Assembly (NCBI GenBank): GCA_964447405.1
Contig: CAYUSP010000003.1
Coordinates: 691,723-755,722, forward strand
Source: an uncultured Nitrospiraceae bacterium
GTDB taxonomy: Bacteria > Nitrospirota > UBA9217
Reading direction: 5' to 3'
Length of the DNA: 64,000 bases
Below are positions 8,711 to 18,583 of the stretch, piece after piece. Below the pieces are notes generated by a model. The model was not told the DNA's origin. It worked only from the letters and a program-made list of their open reading frames with translations, and did no database searches. Numbering within the stretch: the first letter of the stretch is position 1; the number at the start of each line of letters is the position of its first letter. The translations under genes were made by a program, and so were the position numbers.

Positions 8711-9961
8711 ATGATTATCGAAAAAAGCGCTTACTTTCCTGTTGCTAATCAGCATGAGACTCACTATAATTCGCCCATGCTGGCCGACAAAAACGTTCTC
8801 TCTGGACTGGATCTCATTGACAAACAGTGGCCCCGGGACCTCAAAGGCGCGCGTGTCGGGCTCGTCGTGCATCCCGCTTCCGTGAACCGCAACCTGCAGC
8901 ACGCGGTCACAATATGCATGAGGTCGAAGCGCTTCGAGCTCACTACGCTCTTCGGCCCGCAACACGGGATCCTCGGGCAGACCCAGGACAATATGATCGA
9001 ATGGGAGGGTTTCAAAGACCAGTCCACCGGCCTCCCTGTTTACAGTTTATACGGTAAATTCCGCAAACCTCGCCCTGAGATGTTGGCGAACATTGATGTT
9101 CTGGTGGTCGACCTTCAGGATGTGGGGAGCAAATATTATACGTTCATCTGGACATTGGAACTCTGCATGCAAGCGTGCAGGAGCGCGGGCAAGGCCGTGA
9201 TTGTCCTGGACCGGCCCAATCCGATAAATGGGCAGAGCGTTGAAGGGCCGCTCCTGAATCCCGAATACGCGTCCTTTGTCGGGCTTCGTCCCCTTCCCAT
9301 CCGCCACGGCATGACCATCGGAGAGATCGGATCCTATCTCAGAAACACATTCCATGCCGGGCTGGACTACCGTGTCATCGCCATGCAGGGATGGAAGCGC
9401 GGCATGTGGTTTGAACAGACAAAACTGCCCTGGGTAATGCCCTCACCTAACATGCCGACACCCGATACGGCTCTGGTCTATCCCGGCATGTGCCTGTTCG
9501 AGGCCACGAACATCTCGGAAGGCAGGGGTACCACGCGGCCCTTCGAGATCTTCGGTGCACCGTTCATCATTGCCGAGGCTATTGTGGACGTTCTCAAAGA
9601 ATTCAAGCTGCCTGGCGTGATCTTCCGCCCCCTCTCGTTCCAGCCCACGTTCCAGAAACACGCGAACGCACTCTGCAACGGCGCTCAGATCCATGTAACG
9701 AACCGTGACAGGTTCAAACCATTCAAGACCGGAGTAGCGATCCTGAAAGCCATCCACAATACGTATCCCCGCGACTTCAAGTGGAACCAGCCTCCCTATG
9801 AATATGAAGAAGTGAACCTTCCTATCGACATCCTGGCGGGAAGCGATCGGCTGCGCAAGGACGTCGAATCATGGAAGGACATTGATGATATGGAAGCGTG
9901 GTGGAAGGAAGAAGCGAAGGCGTTTGAAAAAACAAGGAAGCAATTCTTGCTCTATAAATAG
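8711..9961 (+). CDS. DUF1343 family protein (NamZ-like exo-beta-N-acetylmuramidase)
   Basis: 416 aa with conserved DUF1343 blocks (...LFGPQHG..., VVDLQDVG, IVLDRPNP, ...EATNISEGRGTTRPFE...). Alternative start at M23 (8777). Confidence 0.8.
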   Translation: MIIEKSAYFPVANQHETHYNSPMLADKNVLSGLDLIDKQWPRDLKGARVGLVVHPASVNRNLQHAVTICMRSKRFELTTLFGPQHGILGQTQDNMIEWEGFKDQSTGLPVYSLYGKFRKPRPEMLANIDVLVVDLQDVGSKYYTFIWTLELCMQACRSAGKAVIVLDRPNPINGQSVEGPLLNPEYASFVGLRPLPIRHGMTIGEIGSYLRNTFHAGLDYRVIAMQGWKRGMWFEQTKLPWVMPSPNMPTPDTALVYPGMCLFEATNISEGRGTTRPFEIFGAPFIIAEAIVDVLKEFKLPGVIFRPLSFQPTFQKHANALCNGAQIHVTNRDRFKPFKTGVAILKAIHNTYPRDFKWNQPPYEYEEVNLPIDILAGSDRLRKDVESWKDIDDMEAWWKEEAKAFEKTRKQFLLYK

Positions 9962-9970
9962 AACCATTTC

Positions 9971-10103
9971 ACCGCAGAGGACGCAGAGGGGAAGCATGGC
10001 GAGGAAGGCAACGGCGGGCAAGGCATTAAGCTTTGTTTAAAAACCAGAAATAATTTTGAATTAAGATTTCCTTGGAGTTGATTTCCTCTGCTTCCTCTGC
10101 GGT
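9971..10103. repeat. Cargo-less inverted-repeat element: accgcagaggacgcagagg ... cctctgcttcctctgcggt, about 130 bp
   Basis: The left arm at 9971-9989 is identical to the left IR of the GxxExxY element at 12360-12381. The right arm at 10085-10103 is its imperfect reverse complement. The interior is AT-rich. Confidence 0.55.
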
Positions 10104-10114
10104 AACAATTATTT

Positions 10115-12091
10115 ATGCCTGAATTCAATCTCAACATTTTCCTCCCCGCAGCTGGCCTCGGTGAACGGCTCAGACCGATCACGAACCACATTCCCAAACC
10201 GCTCCTTCCGATACTCGGCAAGCCAATCATCGAAGGCATTCTCGATAAACTCACTCTTGTCTGCAACGGCAGCATAGGGATTAACCTCCACTACAAGCCG
10301 GATATGCTACGCGAATGGGCTGTACGATCTACCTGGGCTGACCGCATATCATTCTTTCCCGAGGACCCGATCCTCGGGACCGGCGGCGCGCTTAAGAACG
10401 CGGAGTCATTTCTCTCCAGCAGGAACTTCATCGTCCACAACTCAGACATCCTCCTTGATATCAACTTCACCCGCCTGATCGAAGAGCACCTCTCTTCAGG
10501 TAATATCGCCACACTTGTATGCCACCGTTTGCCGGAGCTTGCCAACGTCGTGATCGATACACACGGCCAGGTCCTGGATGTAGAAAACCCGGGAGCATCA
10601 AAACCGGACGCATCGACCACTGCGGACAAGGTCGCCTATACCGGCGTCGCAATCTACTCACCGGACATATTGCAGTTTCTGCCATCCGGCGTTTCACATG
10701 CCACGGTCGCGTGGATAGCCGCGTCCAAGGCTGGTTTTCGAGTGCGCGCCTGGGATGTCACCGGCTCGTACTGGAACGACGTGGGAAATCCAGTGACCTA
10801 TGCACGAGGTGTACTGGACGCCCTGCGTGAAAACGGGGAAATGGTGCATGTCTCCCCTGCGGCACGATGCGGGAACATCCTGAGCGACGGTTATCTGGTG
10901 CTCGAGTCAAACGGGGAAGTACAGGACAGCTCCCGGCTCAGGAATTGTATTGTGATGCCCGGGGCAAACGTTTCCGGCAGTCATGCGGACTGCATTCTCG
11001 GTCCGGACTACGCGGTCGCACTTACGGAATCCGACATGCAGCCGTCGGTCCATGCGGCGGAAAAGAAACGCGTATTGCTGAACGATCCGCTTTTCTCGTC
11101 GCACTTTGGGATTCACGCCATGAGCAACTGCACAGCTGCAACTCCCAACTCGCCATTCTGGTCCGACGCAATCCTGATAGGACTCGGCGGCTCGGATAGG
11201 CGCTATTTCCGCGTACGGAACAATGGTAAGACCGCGGTCCTCATGGAGTGCCGGCAGGATGATCCGGACTATGATCGCCATTTGATTTACACCAGGTTCT
11301 TTAAAGAACATACCGTGCCCGTGCCTGAGCTCATTGCATCAGACACTGAGGGCAAACGTGCCCTGTTCGAGGACCTCGGAGACACATCGTTGTACTCATA
11401 CCTGAAGCTTCCGCACGCGGCTTATGCAGTCGAGGAAGTCTATCGGAAGGTGCTCGACATCCTGGTGCAGCTCCACACCAGGGTCACGAATCATGTATAC
11501 GGGTGCCCGACACTCAGTGCGCGAGTATTCGACTATGATCATTTACGGTGGGAAACAGGTTATTTTATGGAGCGGCTCGTCACCGGACTGAAAGATATCG
11601 CGGCGTTTGATCGGGCGGCACTGGACAACGAATTCCACCGGCTTGCGGAGCGGACAGCTGCGTTGCCCAAAAGCGTGATCCACCGGGATTTTCAATGCCA
11701 GAATATCATGATCACGGATGGAGACATGCCGCGCGTAATCGATTTCCAGGGCGCACGCATGGCGCCGCCAGGTTATGATGTCGCATCCATGCTGTGGGAC
11801 CCGTACCACCGGCTGGATGAAGGCGTCCGGGAGCGCCTTATTGGTTATTATGTGGCGGAAATGAAGAAATGTTCGGAAAATTTCGATGAGCAGGCTTTTT
11901 TGAACAGCCTGATCCCCTGCCGGCTTCAGAGACATATGCAGGCTTTGGGTGCATTTGGATTTTTGTCTGTGGTCAAGGGGAAAAAATATTTCCGCAAGCA
12001 CATACCCGAGGCAATGCGACTGTTGAAAGAGGAGACTATCCTGGTCAAGGAAGAATTTCCGACGCTGGCATTGCTCGCGTCAACACTCTGA
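10115..12091 (+). CDS. Fusion protein: MurNAc-alpha-1-P uridylyltransferase (MurU-like NTP-transferase) + left-handed beta-helix linker + anomeric MurNAc/GlcNAc kinase (AmgK-like APH-fold kinase)
   Basis: 658 aa. The N-terminus ...LPAAGLGERLRPITNHIPKPLLPI... is a nucleotidyltransferase fold. The middle has hexapeptide-repeat-like stretches. The C-terminus has an APH/choline-kinase catalytic loop HRDFQCQNIMI and IDFQGA. It sits adjacent to the NamZ-like gene. Confidence 0.75.
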   Translation: MPEFNLNIFLPAAGLGERLRPITNHIPKPLLPILGKPIIEGILDKLTLVCNGSIGINLHYKPDMLREWAVRSTWADRISFFPEDPILGTGGALKNAESFLSSRNFIVHNSDILLDINFTRLIEEHLSSGNIATLVCHRLPELANVVIDTHGQVLDVENPGASKPDASTTADKVAYTGVAIYSPDILQFLPSGVSHATVAWIAASKAGFRVRAWDVTGSYWNDVGNPVTYARGVLDALRENGEMVHVSPAARCGNILSDGYLVLESNGEVQDSSRLRNCIVMPGANVSGSHADCILGPDYAVALTESDMQPSVHAAEKKRVLLNDPLFSSHFGIHAMSNCTAATPNSPFWSDAILIGLGGSDRRYFRVRNNGKTAVLMECRQDDPDYDRHLIYTRFFKEHTVPVPELIASDTEGKRALFEDLGDTSLYSYLKLPHAAYAVEEVYRKVLDILVQLHTRVTNHVYGCPTLSARVFDYDHLRWETGYFMERLVTGLKDIAAFDRAALDNEFHRLAERTAALPKSVIHRDFQCQNIMITDGDMPRVIDFQGARMAPPGYDVASMLWDPYHRLDEGVRERLIGYYVAEMKKCSENFDEQAFLNSLIPCRLQRHMQALGAFGFLSVVKGKKYFRKHIPEAMRLLKEETILVKEEFPTLALLASTL

Positions 12092-12334
12092 TACAATCGG
12101 CTGTGCGCCTCTATCCCTCATTGCTTTCTCCACTGCCGTGATTTGCTCGTTAAGCAACTTGCACTCTTCCTCGTATTCCGTGGTCAAATTCTGCGCTTTT
12201 TCGGCGCCGATGTGCACCGAGGTCTTCACGAAGGTGAATGAGTGCATGTCCTGCAGGTCGCACAGGTTATCCTTCAACCGCTTGAGCTCGGCTTTGAGTT
12301 CGTCGAAGGACATATCGTTATAATTCTTTGTCAT
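12080..12334 (-). CDS. Hypothetical small coiled-coil protein, 84 aa
   Basis: MTKNYNDMSFDELKAELKRLKDNLCDLQDMHSFTFVKTSVHIGAEKAQ... with an RBS gagg. It converges on the MurU-AmgK gene with a 12-nt 3' overlap. I recognise no family. Confidence 0.45.
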   Translation of the reverse strand: MTKNYNDMSFDELKAELKRLKDNLCDLQDMHSFTFVKTSVHIGAEKAQNLTTEYEEECKLLNEQITAVEKAMRDRGAQPIVSEC

Positions 12335-12359
12335 AACACAAACCTCAAAACCTTTTTTT

Positions 12360-12847
12360 ACCGCAGAGGACGCAGAGGAAGTCAAACCCGCTGGCCTATA
12401 ATCCGTTGGCGACTCTCTTAATGCCATCTTTCAAATGAACAACATTGAAGTTTATTAATAGCCCAAGCTTTTTATTGCTTAATTTCAGGTATGAAAGAAT
12501 TTGTGCTTCATGAATCGGCAATATTTTCTCAACTGCCTTCAATTCAACGATAACACAATTGTCAAGCATAAGGTCTATTCTATATCCGGCATCGATCTTC
12601 AAGCCATCATACAGGATCGGCAAGGCCATTTGAGAAAGCACGGTTAATCCGAGCTTTCGTAGTTCATGCAGCAAACATGCTTCATACGCGCTTTCCAGCA
12701 AACCAGGACCCAAAGCTGAATGAACTTTCATTGCAGCTTCAATAATCTTACCACTAACCCCATTTATATCCATTTATTCCAGACCTCCTGTCTATCCTGC
12801 CAGTTTTTGACCTCCTCGCCTCTCACCCTCTGCGTCCTCTGCGGTGA
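12360..12847. mobile_element. Inverted-repeat-bounded element carrying a GxxExxY gene
   Basis: The left IR accgcagaggacgcagaggaag (12360-12381) and right IR ccctctgcgtcctctgcggtg (12827-12847) are near-perfect reverse complements. They sit exactly between two housekeeping genes and abut the cca stop. Confidence 0.6.
12396..12773 (-). CDS. GxxExxY family protein (PD-(D/E)xK-like)
   Basis: 125 aa. ...GPGLLESAYEACLLHEL... contains the eponymous G-x-x-E-x-x-Y. The C-terminus ...IDLMLDNCVIVELKA... resembles a PD-(D/E)xK core. Confidence 0.8.
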   Translation of the reverse strand: MDINGVSGKIIEAAMKVHSALGPGLLESAYEACLLHELRKLGLTVLSQMALPILYDGLKIDAGYRIDLMLDNCVIVELKAVEKILPIHEAQILSYLKLSNKKLGLLINFNVVHLKDGIKRVANGL

Positions 12848-12851
12848 AAGA

Positions 12852-14270
12852 TTATCTGAATCTCTCCAGATACACCAGCGCCTCCTGCCTGGTCGCGATA
12901 ACTCCCTCTGCCTGCTTCTCCTTAATCTCCTCCAGAATCTCGCGAAACCGCGGACCCGGTGTAAGTCCAATCCCGATGAGGTCCTCACCCCTTATCAGTG
13001 GTTTCTCTTCGACCTTCAGGAATTTTGAAAAGTAGAATTCCAGGACCGCAGCCATGGTCTTCGAGGTGTCCGTAAACTTTTCCCTGGGCATGATCTCGAA
13101 TGTAGCGCGCGCGTCCGCCTGGGCAAGGAGCAGACTCTCCGGCACAGACTCTCCGAGATCGCGGCAGTAGCGGTACATGGCGTTTCTTCCCGGACCGCCT
13201 GGAGCGGAAAGATTAAACAGCCTCATGTGCTGTTTGATGACCCGGGTGACCGCTTTTTCCGTGTCTTTCGAGAGCTTCAATCGCCGGCAAATGCCCGCCG
13301 CCTTGTCCGCGCCCAGATTGTCGTGTCCATGGAACCGGACATGGCCGTCCGCATTCGTGAACGTCTCGGGCTTTGCATTATCATGGATAAGACAGGCGAA
13401 TCTGAGCGCTGCCTTTCTCGTGACCTGGTGTTCGAGCAGCTCATCGAGGTGCGCCAGTATAGCAGCTGCATGCTCTGGTGGAAGTGACTGCAGATCATCC
13501 AGTACCGCATCGATATACCCCGCTGTTTTTATGGAATGGGTCAGGACATCATGGACATGGTACCTGCCGGGAGCAAAGCCGCGGAGCGTTTCGAGTTCCG
13601 GCAGAAGCGGCGCGAGAAGACCAAGTGAATCCAGGAGCGTGAGATGCTGTTCAGCATTCCGTTCGGCAAGGATGATAAAGAGCTCATCCCGAACGCGTTC
13701 TGGAGCTGGCCGCGATATCAGGCTTGCGCGCTGCCGGATGTGCTCCGCAGTCGATGCCTCGATCGTACATCCCAACGCAGCAGCAAATCGCACTGCGCGC
13801 AAAAGACGAAGAGGGTCCTCATCCAGAACCTCCGGACTTGTCACGCGAATGACCCTGTTCTCCGCATCCTTTTTACCATGAAAGAGATCGATCAGTCCTG
13901 CAAGAGACTGATCACGCATGAACTCCCGCAGGTCAAGCGCCATGGCATTGATGGTGAAATCCCGACGGCCAAGATCGGCCTGCAGGTCAGGACCTTCGAA
14001 GTTCGTAAAATCGAACTGAAAGGAGCCATCGTTCTCATACTTCATGACGCGCGTTATCTTTCGATCTTCGTCCAGGAAAAAAAAACTGCCCTGAATCAGA
14101 TCAGCGAACGTGCGCGCCACAGCCTCCGAGCCTTCAGGCATGAGCAGGTCTATGTCCTTGAGGTCCTGTTTGCCTATCAGGAGGTCGCGGATAGCTCCGC
14201 CGACGAGATAGATGGGTTGGGGAGTTAATGAAAGCAGCTTGGCAAGATATTTCGAAGCGAGAGCATCCAT
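12852..14270 (-). CDS. cca: CCA-adding tRNA nucleotidyltransferase (PolyA_pol head + HD domain)
   Basis: 472 aa with ...VGGAIRDLLIG...DIDL... in a nucleotidyltransferase head, plus a C-terminal HD motif (...HDNAKP...). Confidence 0.85.
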   Translation of the reverse strand: MDALASKYLAKLLSLTPQPIYLVGGAIRDLLIGKQDLKDIDLLMPEGSEAVARTFADLIQGSFFFLDEDRKITRVMKYENDGSFQFDFTNFEGPDLQADLGRRDFTINAMALDLREFMRDQSLAGLIDLFHGKKDAENRVIRVTSPEVLDEDPLRLLRAVRFAAALGCTIEASTAEHIRQRASLISRPAPERVRDELFIILAERNAEQHLTLLDSLGLLAPLLPELETLRGFAPGRYHVHDVLTHSIKTAGYIDAVLDDLQSLPPEHAAAILAHLDELLEHQVTRKAALRFACLIHDNAKPETFTNADGHVRFHGHDNLGADKAAGICRRLKLSKDTEKAVTRVIKQHMRLFNLSAPGGPGRNAMYRYCRDLGESVPESLLLAQADARATFEIMPREKFTDTSKTMAAVLEFYFSKFLKVEEKPLIRGEDLIGIGLTPGPRFREILEEIKEKQAEGVIATRQEALVYLERFR

Positions 14271-14329
14271 GGCTGATACTTATGTATAGCAGAAAAACGC
14301 ATCACTTTCAGCGCAGCATTTCTGTCAGA

Positions 14330-15025
14330 TCATTCCCCGGTCGTTGCTTCCTGAGGTTCCTCACCCGTGATCTGCCTGATGTCCTTCAGCCGTTTTTTCC
14401 TGTCTTCCCGCACAACATACCAGTCATGAATGAGCGTCTCGATCAGGCCGATCAGGAGCTTTTCCTCGCCGGAGTCGGTGTCCTGAATTGCGGCCCCCTC
14501 ACTCTCCATCCGAGCTCCGATCATGCCGCTCCTGCGCACAGACTCGATGGCCTCCCAGGTGAGCGGGTCCACCGTGCCCTTGACCTGGCGGAATTCGTCA
14601 TTGAGACTGCCGGGTTGGACCTGCCAGAAATCACGAAGCATTGCGGAGAGGCAGCGCCGCGACAGGGCTGCAGCCACTTTGGGGCTGAACTCGGCGGCAA
14701 AACAAGCTTCCTGATAATCTTCGAGAATATTATGCGGAAGGGTTGTAGGAAAAGACCGGGCTCGTGAAGGCGGAATGAGCGGCCAGGTCTTGATGTGCTT
14801 ACCCGTGTAAGACCGGTGGTGGCCCGATGTCTCAAGGGTGTGCAGCGAAGCATTCAGGGAGAACCGGCGGCATTTCGGATTGGGGCAAACCACATACTTC
14901 ACCACCAGGCGGCGCGGTCCGTCTGCGTTTTCCCCGGTGAGATCAGCAAAGCTTACCTGACGGTCCGCATCGGACACGGTCTGGTCCGTGCCACAGAACG
15001 CGCAATTCCAGAAATATTCACCCAT
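14330..15025 (-). CDS. DUF4145 domain protein with an N-terminal zinc ribbon
   Basis: The start is taken at MGEYFWNCAFCG. The N-terminus has CAFCG...CPNPKC. The C-terminus ...LPHNILEDYQEACFAAEFSPKVAAALSRRCLSAMLRD... matches the DUF4145 pattern. It sits between cca and aroB. Confidence 0.55.
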   Translation of the reverse strand: MGEYFWNCAFCGTDQTVSDADRQVSFADLTGENADGPRRLVVKYVVCPNPKCRRFSLNASLHTLETSGHHRSYTGKHIKTWPLIPPSRARSFPTTLPHNILEDYQEACFAAEFSPKVAAALSRRCLSAMLRDFWQVQPGSLNDEFRQVKGTVDPLTWEAIESVRRSGMIGARMESEGAAIQDTDSGEEKLLIGLIETLIHDWYVVREDRKKRLKDIRQITGEEPQEATTGE

Positions 15026-15051
15026 GGCTTCCCTCCCTGATATGCATTCCC

Positions 15052-16134
15052 TTACTCCGCGAGCAGTGCCCGCAGATGCTGTTCCTCCCATTCCCTGGTG
15101 ACTACAACCTCGCCTATCTTAGTCGGCAGAACGAATTTAACTTTTCCCCCTTCTGCCTTTTTGTCGATCTGCATCGTTTCCATGAGTTCCGTCACGGACG
15201 GTTTTCGGCTGAGTGAAGACAGACTGGCCGGCAGTCCAAAGGAGGTGACGAGTTTTTCCACTCGCCCGGGGACCGACGAATCGCAGAAACCCGCTTTATG
15301 AGCAAGCCGCGACGCATAGACCATGCCGATGGCCGCAGCATGGCCATGGCGCATGGTGTAGTTCTCCGCAGTTTCAATCGCATGCCCCACGGTGTGGCCA
15401 AAGTTCAGGACCGCACGAAGCCCGCCCTCGCGCTCATCCCTGCTCACAACGTCTGCTTTGATCTCGCAGGACCGGCTGATGATATGGTTCAGTGCGTCAG
15501 CATCCAGCGAGAGGATCCTGTCGCGGTTTTGTTCGAGATATACGAAGAAGGCGCTGTCCCGGATCACTCCGTACTTGATCACTTCGGCCATTCCCGAGAG
15601 CAGCTCCTCGCGGGGAAGGGTCTTCAGCACTTCGAGGTCCATCAGCACTTTTTGTGGCTGATAAAATGCGCCGATCATGTTCTTGCCCATGCTATGGTTC
15701 ACGCCGGTTTTGCCGCCCACGCTGCTGTCCACCATGGCGAGGAGCGATGTGGGGACCTGAATAAATGGCACGCCGCGCATGAAGGTCGCGGCTGCGAAGC
15801 CGGTGAGATCGCCTATCACTCCGCCGCCCAAAGCTACGAGCGCGGAATTTCTGTCGAAGCTGTTGATCAGGAGCGCAGTGTAGATGGCATTCGCCCAATC
15901 AAGGTTCTTGTACTGCTCCCCGTCCGGCACCTCGATGGACATGACCGTGAATCCCGCGTTTTTAAGGCTGTCCGCGGCGCGTTTGCCGTACAGGCCCTTG
16001 ACCAGGGGATTCGTAACCAGGGCCATCTTTCTGCCGAGGCCCAGACCCTGCAGGCGGGCGCCGATATTGTCCAAGCTTGAACCGATCTCGATGTCATAGC
16101 TCCGGTCGCCGAGGTTGACACTAACAGTATGCAT
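15052..16134 (-). CDS. aroB: 3-dehydroquinate synthase
   Basis: 360 aa with a Gly-rich NAD site LGGGVIGDLTGFAAA and metal ligands ...NFGHTVGHAIE... Confidence 0.9.
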   Translation of the reverse strand: MHTVSVNLGDRSYDIEIGSSLDNIGARLQGLGLGRKMALVTNPLVKGLYGKRAADSLKNAGFTVMSIEVPDGEQYKNLDWANAIYTALLINSFDRNSALVALGGGVIGDLTGFAAATFMRGVPFIQVPTSLLAMVDSSVGGKTGVNHSMGKNMIGAFYQPQKVLMDLEVLKTLPREELLSGMAEVIKYGVIRDSAFFVYLEQNRDRILSLDADALNHIISRSCEIKADVVSRDEREGGLRAVLNFGHTVGHAIETAENYTMRHGHAAAIGMVYASRLAHKAGFCDSSVPGRVEKLVTSFGLPASLSSLSRKPSVTELMETMQIDKKAEGGKVKFVLPTKIGEVVVTREWEEQHLRALLAE

Positions 16135-16636
16135 ATTTAATTCTCTCTTTGATCTCTTGAATAACGTCCACCACGGACTTTTGGGACGTGTCGATGATCA
16201 CATCTGCCTGTGCGTAGAATTTTTCCCGGCTGTCGAGGAGTTCCTTGATGCGGGCCTTGGGATCAGGGGTCTGAAGCAGGGGGCGATGGGTTTCATGCTT
16301 GATCCGCTCGTAGATAACTTCGGGCCGGGCTGACAGGCAAACGACAAAGCCAGCCTTCCTGAATGCCTGCCGGTTCGTTTCCCGTATCACCGCGCCGCCG
16401 CCCGTGGACACTACCTGGCCTTCCTTCTCCATGACCTCATGAATGATCTTTTCTTCGATATCACGAAAATAGGGTTCACCGTGTGTTGAAAAAATCGAGC
16501 TAATGGTCATCCGCTGGTCTGCTTCAATGAGGAGGTCAGTGTCAACGAACTCATAACCCAGATCCTTTGCAAGCCGGGTGCCTACGCTGGTCTTGCCCAC
16601 GCCCATGAAACCAGTGAGAATGATATTATTGAACAT
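16121..16636 (-). CDS. aroK: Shikimate kinase
   Basis: 171 aa with a P-loop GFMGVGKTSVG. It overlaps the aroB start. Confidence 0.9.
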   Translation of the reverse strand: MFNNIILTGFMGVGKTSVGTRLAKDLGYEFVDTDLLIEADQRMTISSIFSTHGEPYFRDIEEKIIHEVMEKEGQVVSTGGGAVIRETNRQAFRKAGFVVCLSARPEVIYERIKHETHRPLLQTPDPKARIKELLDSREKFYAQADVIIDTSQKSVVDVIQEIKERIKYAYC

Positions 16637-16689
16637 ACTATTGATAAGAGGGAAACGTCGGTGAAGGATTCTATCTTACTTCTATCTTC

Positions 16690-17877
16690 TTACCTCTTCG
16701 CCTGCTCCTCTTCCCTCTCCATGCGAGCGTTCAGCTGTTTGTTGAACATATGATAGTTGCGTTTCATTTCCTCGATGCTGTCGCCGCCGAACTTGTCGAT
16801 CATGGCCGCTGCGATCTCGAAGGCAACCACTGCTTCCGCCACTACTCCTGCCGCGGGCACGGCGCAGACATCGGAGCGGTGCACGCTTGCCTTGAACGGC
16901 GTCTTGCTTACCAGATCAACGGAACGGAGCGGCTTCATCAGTGTGGGGATCGGCTTCATTGCCGCCCGAAGCGTTATGATCTCACCGTTGCTGATGCCGC
17001 CCTCGATCCCGCCCGCCAGATTGGTCTTGCGATAGAAACCGTCCTTCTTGTTCCACAATATCTCATCATGTACCTGGGATCCGGGCTTGTTGGCTGCACC
17101 GAATCCCGCACCGACCTCTACTCCCTTGATGGCCTGAATGCTCATGAGTGCGGCGGCAAGCCTGCTGTCGAGCTTCCGGTCCCAGTGCACGTGGCTGCCA
17201 AGTCCCATGGGCACACCGGTGATAAGCACCTCGAACACGCCACCCAGCGAGTCACCGGCCGCCCGTGCTTCATCGATCCGGCGCATCATGCGCTTCTCGG
17301 CCTCATGGTCAGCGCACCGCAGCTCCGATGCTTCCGCTTTTTTCCTGGTCTCTGCTGGTGCCATGGGTACCTTGGCATGGACATTCCCTATCGACAGCAC
17401 GTGGCTTATAACATCGATCCCAAATTCCTCAAGCAGCCTTTTTGCCACGGCACCTACAGCGACCCGCATGGCGGTCTCGCGTGCGCTCGACCTCTCCAGA
17501 ACGTTTCTTATGTCCGTGAATCCGTACTTCATGGCGCCGGCAAGGTCCGCATGGCCGGGACGGGGGCGGGTCACGGGGTCAGCAGAATTCAGGAACATGG
17601 GATCTGGTGACATCTTGTCGCGCCAGTTCTCCCAGTCCTTGTTGCGGACCATGAGGCCAAGAGGGCTGCCGAGCGTCTTTCCCCAGCGGACACCGGTGTA
17701 GATCTTGACCGTATCCTTTTCGATCTTCATCCGGTCACCGCGTCCGTATCCACCCTGCCTTCGGGCAAGATCACTATCTATATCCGTGACTCGTATCAGA
17801 AGGCCCGCTGGCAAGCCCTCAATAATGCCCATGAGCAGCTCGCCGTGCGATTCCCCAGCAGTCAGATAACGCAGCAT
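16690..17877 (-). CDS. aroC: Chorismate synthase
   Basis: 395 aa. [26 protein letters not shown]... is the canonical AroC N-terminus. Confidence 0.9.
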   Translation of the reverse strand: MLRYLTAGESHGELLMGIIEGLPAGLLIRVTDIDSDLARRQGGYGRGDRMKIEKDTVKIYTGVRWGKTLGSPLGLMVRNKDWENWRDKMSPDPMFLNSADPVTRPRPGHADLAGAMKYGFTDIRNVLERSSARETAMRVAVGAVAKRLLEEFGIDVISHVLSIGNVHAKVPMAPAETRKKAEASELRCADHEAEKRMMRRIDEARAAGDSLGGVFEVLITGVPMGLGSHVHWDRKLDSRLAAALMSIQAIKGVEVGAGFGAANKPGSQVHDEILWNKKDGFYRKTNLAGGIEGGISNGEIITLRAAMKPIPTLMKPLRSVDLVSKTPFKASVHRSDVCAVPAAGVVAEAVVAFEIAAAMIDKFGGDSIEEMKRNYHMFNKQLNARMEREEEQAKR

Positions 17878-18105
17878 AAATTATCCCCCCTCCACAAATG
17901 GAACACTTACAGTTCAGCTTTGTTAAAGAAAAATAGCGAAAAAACCCGTAAAATCGCGCTCATCATAGCAAATTTGCAGTAGAAGTGCAATCAAAAGTAT
18001 GGTACTATTCAGCGTATTTTTTGGGTTTTTGGGGGTTTTTTCGCAATAAATTGACCTTCAAAAAATATATCCCATTACAACCGCACTCACGTTAGGATCA
18101 ATATC

Positions 18106-18549
18106 ATGGACTATAGACAGGGAACGTATGGAAGGGTTTTTATTCTCAAATTTGACGATAAAGACGATCTCCTTAAAGAAATCAAGCAATTAGCTGGTAA
18201 AGAAAAAATCCGGGCTGGTACGATAATGCTTCTGGGCGGCATGCGCTCATGCGGTGTCGTCTCCGGTCCCAGGGAACCGGTGATACCACCAGAACCAGTG
18301 TGGTTCAACTTCAATGATGGCAGAGAAGTTCTTGGCTTCGGCACGCTGTTCTGGCAGGAGAATGAGCCAATTATCCATCTGCACGGTGCAATAGGCCGCG
18401 GAAGCGAGACCGTGACCGGATGTATTCGCAAGGACTCACGCGTGTATCTGGTCGTGGAAGCAGTGATCACCGAGATCCTCGGCATAGAAGCCCGCAAAGC
18501 CACGGATGCAAATTCCGGTCTGGTAATGCTGCAATTGGGAAAATCATGA
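18106..18549 (+). CDS. PPC (DUF296) domain protein
   Basis: 147 aa. ...GRVFILKFDDKDDLLKEIKQ...IIHLHGAIG... is a typical PCC/PPC fold signature. Confidence 0.7.
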   Translation: MDYRQGTYGRVFILKFDDKDDLLKEIKQLAGKEKIRAGTIMLLGGMRSCGVVSGPREPVIPPEPVWFNFNDGREVLGFGTLFWQENEPIIHLHGAIGRGSETVTGCIRKDSRVYLVVEAVITEILGIEARKATDANSGLVMLQLGKS

Positions 18550-18583
18550 GTAGTCATCCGCATCGCTTCAAGGGGCGTCAGCC

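Noticed and set aside
12360-12847. The inverted-repeat elements as insertion sequences or transposons.
   Set aside because: No transposase, integrase or target-site duplication is evident. The cargo consists of small orphan proteins only. They are classified as non-autonomous hairpin-bounded elements rather than IS.
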